Positions 41,461-50,868 of a stretch of DNA of 64,000 nt are shown here, piece after piece; the first letter of the stretch is position 1; each line of letters begins with the position of its first letter. This DNA is from Candidatus Latescibacterota bacterium (lineage in GTDB: Bacteria; Latescibacterota; UBA2968; UBA8231), in the NCBI GenBank assembly GCA_965248265.1, contig CBDFJF010000002.1:192001-256000 (forward strand). Reading direction: 5' to 3'. The notes beneath the pieces were generated by a model. The model saw only the letters and a program-made list of their open reading frames with translations. It was not told the DNA's origin and made no database searches. The translations under genes were made by a program, and so were the position numbers.

Positions 41461-44400
41461 ATGAAACGCCTATTACTACTCGCGTCACTGTGGCTCGCTG
41501 CCCTTCCGACCGTACAGGCACAGGGGACGGTACCCAAGACGATCGCCTACATGGGGTTCCTGACGGACTCGTCAGGGGAGGTTGTCGGTGATGGTGACCA
41601 CGCGATCACCTTTCGCCTCTATGAGCAGGCAGTTGGGGGTGTCGCGGTATGGGAGACGACCCGCACGCTGACGACGAGCAGCGGGCAATTCAGCGTGGTG
41701 CTGGGCGAGATCGCGTCCCTGGAAGCGGTGCCGTTTGACCGACCCTATCTCCTTGGCATCTCGATTGGAGGTGGTGATGAACTGGCCCCGCGCATTGCCC
41801 TGGTGGCCGCGCCCTACAGCCTGCATGCCAAGTCCGTCGAAGATGGCTCTGTGCTGGCGGTGGATGTGGCCGATGGTCAGGTAGTGAAGAGCCTCAACGG
41901 CGCGCAGGACGAAGTCACCCTGGTAGAGGGTGCCAACATCACGATTGAGCAGGCCGGTCAGAATATCACCATCTCCGCCAGTGGGGGGAGTGAGGTTGGC
42001 GTGGGTGATCTGGCGGATAATTCGGTGACTGGCGCCAAGATCGTCGACGCCTCCATTACGGCCAGTGATCTAGCGAATGATGCTGTTACCGCAGCCAAGA
42101 TTGCATCCGGAGCGGCTGTGACGAGCGTGAATGCAGCAACCGATGGTGTCACCATTGAAGGTGGCGGCGACGTGACTGTGGCCACCGTGGGTAACACAGT
42201 GACGATCTCGGCTACGGGTGGGGATCTGGCGGATGATGCGGTGACCTCGGCGAAGATCGCTGATGGTACGGTCGCGACAGTAGATCTGGCCGACGACGCG
42301 GTGACCGCTACGCAGATTGCCGCTGACGCTGTAGCTACTGCCGAAATCCAGGATGCAGCAGTGACGGGTGCCAAGCTGGCGACGGGCAGTGCGGTGTTGA
42401 GCCTCAACGATGCCACCGACGCTGTAAACCTGGTACCGGGAGCCAACGTCACCATCGATCGCGCTGGTCCTAACATTACCATCGGCACCACAGGGGGTAA
42501 TGAGGTAGGCACCGGCGACATAGCGGACAATTCAATAACGAGCGCTAAGATCCTGGACAGTGCCGTTTCCGAGGCCGACCTGGCCACCGATGCGGTAACA
42601 AGTGCCAAGATCGTCGATGGCACGATCGTGGCTGCAGACCTAGCCGCTGGCGCTGTGACGACGACACAGATCGCTGACGCCACGATCACGGCGACCGATC
42701 TGGCGACTGATTCGGTGGACGCCGACGAAATCGCGGTTGATGCTGTAGGCAGCGCGGAGCTGGGTGCTAACGCCGTCACTTCGGCAGAGATTGGTGATGG
42801 CACCATACTGGCTGCCGACATAGCCGTCGGTCAGGTAGTCACCAGCGTCAACAACCTGGAAGACGCCATTACCCTGGCGGCAGGATCCAATATCAACATC
42901 ACCCCGGCCGGTAACACGCTACCATCGACGCCACAGCTGGGGGTGATATTACGGGGGTAACGGCGGGCACGGGCCTTGCCAATGGCGGCACCACCGGTGA
43001 TGTAACCCTCGATATCGCTGCGGGCGGAGTTGGCTCCACGGAGCTGGCCGCGGGTGCGGTCACGACGGCCAAGATCGCCGCTAATGCGGTCACCTCGGCC
43101 GAGATTGCCAATGCTACCATCGCGGCCGGTGATGTGGCCGCAGGGGCCGTGGTCTTGACGGTGAACAGCCTCACCGATGCCGTGACCCTGGATGCTGGTA
43201 CCAACATGGCCATCGCACCTTCGGGCAACACCCTGACCTTTAATGCCACCGACACAGATACGGACACTCAGAACACCCTCGACCAGGCCTACGACGAAGG
43301 TGGAGCGGGAGTTGGCCGTACCATCACGGCTGACAATGGAGCCGTCGATATCGCGGGAGCTGGGGGACTGACCGTGAATGGTAGTGTCGGCATCGGCACG
43401 ACGAGCCCATCTCATCCATTGCATGTGGTGGGAGGTGACGCATACATACCCTATCCGGGTGCCGGTTCGACGGATGGATTCAGGCTGGCACTCGGAAACT
43501 ACGATGGATACATCTGGCGGAATCAGACAGGGGTATTCACAAACGCCATGGTTCTGTCTACCAACTATGCCTTGACTGATGGTGGAGTCGACACAGTACC
43601 GAACGTTGGAGCCGCGACGACGGCTATCTCGCTGGACGATGGGGCGATCAATTTCATGACAGGCGCCATCAATACAGCGCCTTCGACGAGAATGACAGTT
43701 GAAATCGACGGTGATATCGGCATCGGCACGGTGACACCGGCAGCCAACTTAGAGGTAAACGGGGATGTCAGTAGCAATGAGATAGGTACTTTGGTCGCCG
43801 GATCTGCCTCCACGGGCTTCGGGACGGATTACCCATTTCTGGCACTGATAAACGATAACACAACGGCCAACAACTATGCTAGAATCGATTGGCGGGATGC
43901 AGACAATGTAGTCAGCGTCGCAAGTGTCGCCGGCGTGTTCACAGACCACACGAACGACTACGGTGATCTGGCTTTCATAACCCGGAGTGCCGGCGGCTTT
44001 TCCGAGAAGATGCGGATCCTCGGCAACGGCAACGTCGGCATCGGCACGACACCGCCAGGCACTCTCCTGCATCTCGACAAAGGTGGCCACGGGGAGGCAA
44101 TACGCTTAACCAACAGCGGCTTCGGGGACAACAGTATCAGCACCTTCGGAGATGGTTCGGGCCCCGGCCTCTTCCTCGGCGCCAATGCCTATCTCGATGC
44201 TGCCACTGCCGTGCAGCGGCACAACGCGGGCCAGCCGGCCTGGGACCTATCGTTGAACGCAAGCGGTGGCGATAGATTCGCCGTCAGCCGAACCAATGCT
44301 GGCGGCACTCGAACTGAGCATCTGCATATCAATAGCAGTGGCAACGTCGGCATCGGTACGTCAACTCCAGGCGCGCTCCTTCACCTGTCCAAGGGGCACG

Positions 44401-45461
44401 GGGAGGCAATACGTATGACCAACAGCGGCTTCGGAGACAACGCCATCAGTAACTTCGGTGACGGTTCGGGTGTCGGGATGTTCCTCGGCGCCAATGTCTA
44501 TCTGGATGCTGGGACGGCCAGACAGAGATACAACGCCGGTCAGGCAGGATGGGATGTCACGCTAAATGCCAGTGGCGATTATTTCCGCATCAGCCGGACA
44601 GATGCTGGTGGAACTACGACAGATCATTTCCGTATCGATAACGCTGGCCAATTCGGAATCGGCACAAACACCCCATCTCATCAATTACATGTAGTAGGAG
44701 GTGACGTATACCTCCCCTATCCGGGTGCCGGTTCGACGGATGGCTTCAGAATGAATCTGGGAAACTTCGATGGTTACATCTGGAGAAACCAAACCGGCGC
44801 GTATTCGAACAGGCTGGTCATATCAACCAACTATGAACTCAACGACGCGGGAGCCGACCTGATACCTAACGCGGGAGCATCGACGTCGGCAATTGCGCTA
44901 TCAGGCATAATCGAGTTTCAGACAGGTGCTATCAATACGGCGCCCTCAACCAGGATGACGATTGCCACTAGCGGGGAAATCGGCGTCGGCCGGGCACCAA
45001 CAGCCAATGCCTTCGAAGTCGAGGGCGCTGCCTCTAAAACAGCAGCCGGTGACTGGCTCGCCAACTCCGACCGCCGGTTGAAAACCGATGTCCAGGAAAT
45101 TGATAACGCCCTGGCCACGGTTCGCAAACTCCGACCGGTTAAATTTCGCTACAGCGAAGAGTTTCAGGAAGGTCACCCTTCCGTCGGCAACCGCGTTTAC
45201 TACAACTTCATAGCCCAGGAGTATCAGGAGATCTTTCCCGAAAGCGTCCAGGATGACGGCACTGGATATCTCCAGGTAGAAACGTATAGCGTTCGGCCTC
45301 ATCTGGTAGGCGCTGTGCAAGAACTCGATGCGCAGATACAGTCCATGACTCTGGAGAACGAGGCTCTAAAGAGGCAGAATGATGAGCTGAAGGCACAAAT
45401 GGCCTCTCTATCATCGACCATACAACGTCTCGAGAGAATGGTCAGTACAACCAACCGATAG
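41461..45461 (+). pseudogene. Secreted tail-fibre/adhesin-like protein 4 with S74 domain and a -1 frameshift at ~42920
   Basis: AACACGCTACCATCG versus AACACGCTTACCATCG in paralog 3. The downstream frame continues to ANSDRRLKTDV...FIAQEY. Could be a sequencing error. Confidence 0.85.
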
Positions 45462-45502
45462 ACAACCGGCGTACCGATCGGGGCCAGGCCACAAACCGAG
45501 CT

Positions 45503-46591
45503 TCAGGCAAGCGGCCGTGGGTACGAGGTTAGCTTTACCAGCCCCTGACCGGTGAAGTGGTAGTTTTCCTCTATCCGGATTCCCGCTTTCATCTCTTCAG
45601 AATACAACCCCGGCTCCATGGTGAAAACATCCCCTACCTCGAAAGTGGCCTCGTAGTTGGGATTGAGCTCGGGTGGCTCGTGCGGTAACAGGCCTATGCC
45701 GTGGCCCAGGTGGTGCGTCATGCCCTCGTAACCGGCCTGTTTGAAGATCTCGTCGGCGATCCGGTATACGTCGCTCGCCTTGACCCCCGGTTTTACCGCA
45801 TTTTCCAGCTCTGGGAAGACACCGTCGATGGTCTCCCACGCCTTCAGTTGAACCTGCGTCGGTTTTCCGTCGACGGCGAAGCTGCGGCAATTGTCGGCAT
45901 GATAACCGTGCAGGCTGGGACCTGAATCCAGGATGTAGAGCTCACCGGCTTGCATTGCCCGCCGGCGTGCTTTCCCTCCCCAGTCGTTGGCCCGGAAGTC
46001 GTTGCCGAAATGCTCCAGATCCTCCCCCGCTTTCACGGTGGCCTCGCGACGGATATGGGCCAACACCTCGACCTCATCCGCGCCCGGATCTATCGCGTCT
46101 CTCGCAGCATCGTACATCGTTTCGGTAATGCCGATGGCGCCGCGAATCGATTCGACTTCGTCTGCGTGTTTGCTCTTGCGCAGCCGCAAAATGAACGGCG
46201 TTATGTCGCGGGCATCGCTTCCGGCCAGGGCACAGATGCAGCCGATTCCACCTCCCACATCCGCACCCAACGATCCGATGCCGGCGATGCTAGGGGCCAG
46301 CTTTTCCGCCACCGTTTCGTACTGTCGATTGTGCATCGTGGCCAGGTACGCAGTCTCGTACGGGATGACCTTGTCGGCGGCCACCTCCGCGTCCTCAATG
46401 GCAGCGACGAGGGTGGCTTCACCGCTGGCGCCAATGAAAGCTGCGGCGGCGTGATGCCGGTCGTGCAGCCAACCAGTGAAATAATAGACGTATTCGCGAC
46501 GTGAAATGATGGCGCCATCCAGCTCGTTCTCCCTCAAGGTCTCGAGCAGACGCTGCTGTCGGGCGCGACATCCCTCCACGGTCAATTTCAT
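45503..46591 (-). CDS. Xaa-Pro peptidase (M24) family protein
   Basis: LDSG...YHADNCRSF, HHLGHGIGLLPHEPP, TMEPGLY, GIRIEE. Confidence 0.92.
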   Translation of the reverse strand: MKLTVEGCRARQQRLLETLRENELDGAIISRREYVYYFTGWLHDRHHAAAAFIGASGEATLVAAIEDAEVAADKVIPYETAYLATMHNRQYETVAEKLAPSIAGIGSLGADVGGGIGCICALAGSDARDITPFILRLRKSKHADEVESIRGAIGITETMYDAARDAIDPGADEVEVLAHIRREATVKAGEDLEHFGNDFRANDWGGKARRRAMQAGELYILDSGPSLHGYHADNCRSFAVDGKPTQVQLKAWETIDGVFPELENAVKPGVKASDVYRIADEIFKQAGYEGMTHHLGHGIGLLPHEPPELNPNYEATFEVGDVFTMEPGLYSEEMKAGIRIEENYHFTGQGLVKLTSYPRPLA

Positions 46592-46716
46592 TCTTCTTCC
46601 CTTTCGTTGTTTGAGCTACTGGCGACGGTATGCGGCCGCCATCCCCGATCGCAACAGAGCCGCCAGGCAAACATCGTTGGACAGGACGTTCTCGACCAGA
46701 GTGACGCCCTCAGTCT

Positions 46717-47898
46717 TCAAAGAGGTGACGACATCGGTTTGCGGCTCATCCGCCATTCGATGGCCAACACGAGGATCAGGCCGACGAAGAAGGCTGGTAT
46801 GATGTAAAACCCGGCTCTCAGGTCCACCCGATCTCCGATGATCCCCATCATCCAGGGTGTGAGGCCGAAACCGGCCACACCGACGACGGCGAGCATGACC
46901 ATGAGTATGGTGACATTCGCATTCAGCCTGTCGGCCGCCGCGGCGAGAATGGTCGGCCAGAAGCAGGCCGTGGCGATTCCCGCAAGCACCAGCAACGAGT
47001 AGAAGCCGGTCAGGCTGGTGGCCAACGGGACCAACCCGGTCACTACTACTCCGAGCACGGCCGAGCTCATCATCAGTGCGTTCAGACTCATGGCCTGTGA
47101 CAGCCTGGCGGCAAGCAGGCGGCCGGCGGCCATGGCGCCGGCGAAGATGACGACCGCGATGGCGCCCGCCCGCGGCACCTCATCGAGATAGGTGGCCACA
47201 TAGCTCCGGCTCCAGAACATGAACGCTGATTCGACACCGCCACCCAGAAATATGGCAGCGGCAAACAGCCAGAAGCCCCGTAGCGCGACGACATGGCCGA
47301 TCAGATTCCAGGGAGTGCTGTTCTGCTGCGCCGCGGGGGGAAATCGCGAGGCGTTGAAGAACAGCCCCATGGCGAGAGTGAGGGCAGCGGCGATGCGGAA
47401 TATGAACCGCCACGAGTACCCGAGGGTCAGGAGCTCGCCGAACAGCAGCGCCGACACCATGACGCCGATGGAAAAGAAGGCATTGGTGATGTTCAGGTAC
47501 TTCCCCGAGTCCTTCGGATGGAGATCCGCGACCAGTGGATTGATTATCGCTTCCGTCAACCCTCCGCCCATGCCCATGACCATCAGCGAGACGATCAACA
47601 TCGGGTAATTGTCCGAGTAGCTCGCCATCAACGCCCCGGCAGCGATCAGGTATTGCCCCGAGACCACCATTGGCTTCTTGCCCCAACGGTGCACCAGGAT
47701 GCCCGCCAGCATTAGCATGGCGAGGATGAGGACGCTCCTCACGGTCTCCGCGCCACCCCCTTCCGAGAGAGAGGTATTGAGGGTTTTTGAGATCTCGGGA
47801 AGACAAATGGGTGTGACCACATTGCTGGCGGCGAATACCATGAATGCGCCCCAGGAGGCCACGTCGAGTCTGGTCAGTCGGTTGTTTGGCGAGATCAC
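46717..47898 (-). CDS. MFS transporter
   Basis: About 12 hydrophobic segments and the GILVHRWGKK loop motif. Confidence 0.92.
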   Translation of the reverse strand: MISPNNRLTRLDVASWGAFMVFAASNVVTPICLPEISKTLNTSLSEGGGAETVRSVLILAMLMLAGILVHRWGKKPMVVSGQYLIAAGALMASYSDNYPMLIVSLMVMGMGGGLTEAIINPLVADLHPKDSGKYLNITNAFFSIGVMVSALLFGELLTLGYSWRFIFRIAAALTLAMGLFFNASRFPPAAQQNSTPWNLIGHVVALRGFWLFAAAIFLGGGVESAFMFWSRSYVATYLDEVPRAGAIAVVIFAGAMAAGRLLAARLSQAMSLNALMMSSAVLGVVVTGLVPLATSLTGFYSLLVLAGIATACFWPTILAAAADRLNANVTILMVMLAVVGVAGFGLTPWMMGIIGDRVDLRAGFYIIPAFFVGLILVLAIEWRMSRKPMSSPL

Positions 47899-48030
47899 TG
47901 GTCCTCACGGGCACACAGAATCCAGTTTGGTGGCTATCACTACCTTGTTCATTTTCTGCGTCGGAGTATAACCTAAGACCATACGCTGTGAGTTGATGAG
48001 TCGTTCACCCAACCTTCAGGAGGCAAGCCC

Positions 48031-48876
48031 ATGGCTCTACCCCTGCGCAATCTCGGATCCACAGGAGAGAAGGTCACCGCTCTCGGATTGGGAGGCGTCC
48101 GCTGGAGTGGCAGCGAGACTGATGCGGAAGCGATCGAGGTGGTGCATCGCGCCATCGATCTGGGCATCACCTATTTCGACACCGCCAGCAGCTACGGGGA
48201 GAGCGAACGCCGTCTCGGTCTGGCGCTGAACGAGCGCGACCGAAACCAACTCTTCCTGGCCACCAAGTGCATCGAGCGTTCAGGAGATGAGGTGAAGCGG
48301 GAGATCGCTCAAAGTTTCGAGCGCCTCGGTGTGGACGTCATCGACCTCATCCAGCTGCACGAACTCGACAGGGAGCAAACCCTGGACAGGGTTCTGGGGG
48401 CTGATGGGGCCCTGCGCGTGATCGAGGAATACCGCGAGTCCGGCAAGATTCGCTTCGTCGGCCTCACCGGACACACGCACCCGGCGCAGTTCCCCCTCCA
48501 TATCGCCGCGCACGGATTCGACACGGTTCTCAACCCGTTGGGAGTGGTAAACCGGGTCTGGAACGACTTCTCTGAGACGATTCCGGCAGCGCGGGAGCGC
48601 GGAACGGGCATCATCGCCATGAAGGTCATGGCCTACGACCAGGGTCCAACACAGCGCCGGGCGCAGTTCGTCCACTACAGCATGGGCCTGGACATCGACG
48701 TCGCTGTCATTGGAATGGACACAGTGGCGCAAGTGGAGGAGAACGTCCGTATCGCTGAGAGCTTTCGACCTCTGTCCGCGCAGGAAGAGCAAGAGGTCGT
48801 CGACATTGGATTGGAGATGGCGGCTGCGGGCAACAAGGCCTTGTTCTGGCTGCCGGAACAGCGCCGGGCCTCGTGA
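48031..48876 (+). CDS. Aldo/keto reductase
   Basis: GITYFDTASSYG.SE, LATK, DLIQLH, GKIRFVGLTGH. Confidence 0.92.
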   Translation: MALPLRNLGSTGEKVTALGLGGVRWSGSETDAEAIEVVHRAIDLGITYFDTASSYGESERRLGLALNERDRNQLFLATKCIERSGDEVKREIAQSFERLGVDVIDLIQLHELDREQTLDRVLGADGALRVIEEYRESGKIRFVGLTGHTHPAQFPLHIAAHGFDTVLNPLGVVNRVWNDFSETIPAARERGTGIIAMKVMAYDQGPTQRRAQFVHYSMGLDIDVAVIGMDTVAQVEENVRIAESFRPLSAQEEQEVVDIGLEMAAAGNKALFWLPEQRRAS

Positions 48877-49865
48877 CTATGGAACGGTTGTCATTCGCAG
48901 TCGTCGGCTACGGCGGCATCGCCGAGTTCCACGCCGAGGCCCTCAAGCAGATCGAGGGTGTCGAGTTGCGCACGCTGATGGGGCGACGAGCCGAGCCGGC
49001 CAAGGCCTTCGCTGATCGTCACGGCTTTGGTCGAACGACTACATCTCTCGAAGAGGCACTTGCCGACGACGATCTCGACGCCGTCGTGCTCACGTCCCCC
49101 AGCGAGTTGCACGTGGAGCAGGCGTTGACCTGTCTGGAGGCCGGCAAGCACGTCCTGGTGGAGATTCCGCTGGCGGTTTCACTGGCCGGGGCGCAGCGGG
49201 TGGCCGAGCGTGCGCGGCAGGTGGGCCGGCAAGTCATGGTCGCCCACACCCGACGCTTCGATGAGATCGGACAATTCGTCAAGCAGTTCATCGAATCTGG
49301 TGAAACGGGACACGTTTACCAGCATCAGTCGTACAGTTTCTGGTTCCGTCATCAGAACGTGGGCTGGACCGGTTACCAGCGCAGCTGGGTGGACGACGTC
49401 GTCTTCCACCACGGCTGTCACCTCGTCGACTTCTCGCTGTGGACGATCGGTTCTCCCGTGCGCCGCGCTCGCGGCGAAATCGCCCCCAAGCATGCTGTCA
49501 ACGACACTTCGATGGATGTGAGCCTGCTGATCCGCTACGAGAACGAGACGATGGCGACGATCAGTCTGTCTTACAACGCAGTCCAGAGCGCCACTGGCAA
49601 TCGCTACCTGTGCGAGAAGGGTGTGCTGGAGATCGAAGGGAAGCGGGTGAGTTTTGCCGGCGACACGGTGTTCGAGACGTCGAAGAAACCCGAGTCGGGT
49701 GTTCTTGTGCAGAACCAGGAATTCATCACAGCGATCCGCGAGCGCCGCACCCCTTCGTGCGACGCCGAAGAAGGTGTTCGCGCCCTGGCGCCTCTACAGG
49801 CTGCCTACGACCAGATGCTGGAGATGGAGGGCGCCCAGAAGTATCGGCGGCCGTGGGACGACTGA
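48873..49865 (+). CDS. Gfo/Idh/MocA family oxidoreductase
   Basis: VVGYGGIA, AGKHVLVEIPL, HHGCHLVD. Confidence 0.92.
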   Translation: MTMERLSFAVVGYGGIAEFHAEALKQIEGVELRTLMGRRAEPAKAFADRHGFGRTTTSLEEALADDDLDAVVLTSPSELHVEQALTCLEAGKHVLVEIPLAVSLAGAQRVAERARQVGRQVMVAHTRRFDEIGQFVKQFIESGETGHVYQHQSYSFWFRHQNVGWTGYQRSWVDDVVFHHGCHLVDFSLWTIGSPVRRARGEIAPKHAVNDTSMDVSLLIRYENETMATISLSYNAVQSATGNRYLCEKGVLEIEGKRVSFAGDTVFETSKKPESGVLVQNQEFITAIRERRTPSCDAEEGVRALAPLQAAYDQMLEMEGAQKYRRPWDD

Positions 49866-49886
49866 GGACACGGGTGAAACTTTACT

Positions 49887-50315
49887 TCAGGCTGTTGCTG
49901 CTTTGGCTGAGCGTCGGCCCCGAGGGTGATCCTCGCGCCACTGCACGATCGACAGTACGTCAGCTTCTGAGAGGATTATCGGGTGAGTCGGGCTCTCCTG
50001 TTGGCCGACGTCGAGTCCGCTGCTCCGCATCGCCTGGATGGTCTTTTGCACGGACCTCTCGCCAACGCCGATCTCCGCTGCCAGGGTAGACACCGTCTTG
50101 ACGTCGCCCATGACCACCACAAGCGAAGGGTCGCTTTCGATCTGTTCGAGCCGAACGTGGTGACTCGCACTGTCGATCTCGATACCGACAATTCTGCCGT
50201 CTTCATCGTACCGCAGCAGGAAACCGGGGGCGACCTCCTCATTGTCGACACTCGGGAAATCGTCGACGAAATCGATATCGAGCTTGTCGACTTCCGGAAA
50301 GTATTTGATTCGCAT
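49887..50315 (-). CDS. DUF2283 protein with C-terminal HTH (antitoxin-like)
   Basis: MRIKYFPEVDKLDIDF...EEVAPGFLLRYDEDGRIVGIEI, plus VSTLAAEIGVGERSVQKTI. Confidence 0.8.
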   Translation of the reverse strand: MRIKYFPEVDKLDIDFVDDFPSVDNEEVAPGFLLRYDEDGRIVGIEIDSASHHVRLEQIESDPSLVVVMGDVKTVSTLAAEIGVGERSVQKTIQAMRSSGLDVGQQESPTHPIILSEADVLSIVQWREDHPRGRRSAKAATA

Positions 50316-50868
50316 CGGTGCCTTCCTACGGCCTGAAGTACCTGTGAGTCTTCATCTATAAGATACGCATATGCGAACTTAAAACAAGCGGGCCGGTAAG
50401 GGGAGATCTGCCTTGTGGCAAGAAGGGTGCCAAGGCTGTCTCGGGAGGCATGGCAGGGACGCGCAGCCATATCATGTGAAGGAATGGTGACGCGGTTGGG
50501 GATGAATCCACACAGAAAAACGAAACGAAGTCCATGAGGCGACGCCTTCCGGTTAACTCAACTCTCGGGAAGGTAGCCCTCTTGAAAATCGATCCCCGCC
50601 TGTGCGTCTCTCAGCCACTAGGCGAGCCGGTTCAGTCAGGAGTCACAGGGAATAAGCAGTCCCTTACACGAGATAAGCATCTTCTTGCGAGTCTTCGCCG
50701 AATAAGACATACTCAGCCAGATCGAAATTGACGACCTGTTGGCCGCAACCGAACCTTGAGTCACACTCGCCTGACATCTTCTGGGAACCTGCTGATGGAT
50801 GGCCCTTGGCCTCTCACCATGGAGCCTGATCATATGTATGACACCAAGATATCCGACAGCTGGCAGCC

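Noticed and set aside
24477-43424. Long antisense ORFs over the fibre genes and other GC-rich genes
   Set aside because: Shadow frames of repetitive, GC-biased coding sequence.
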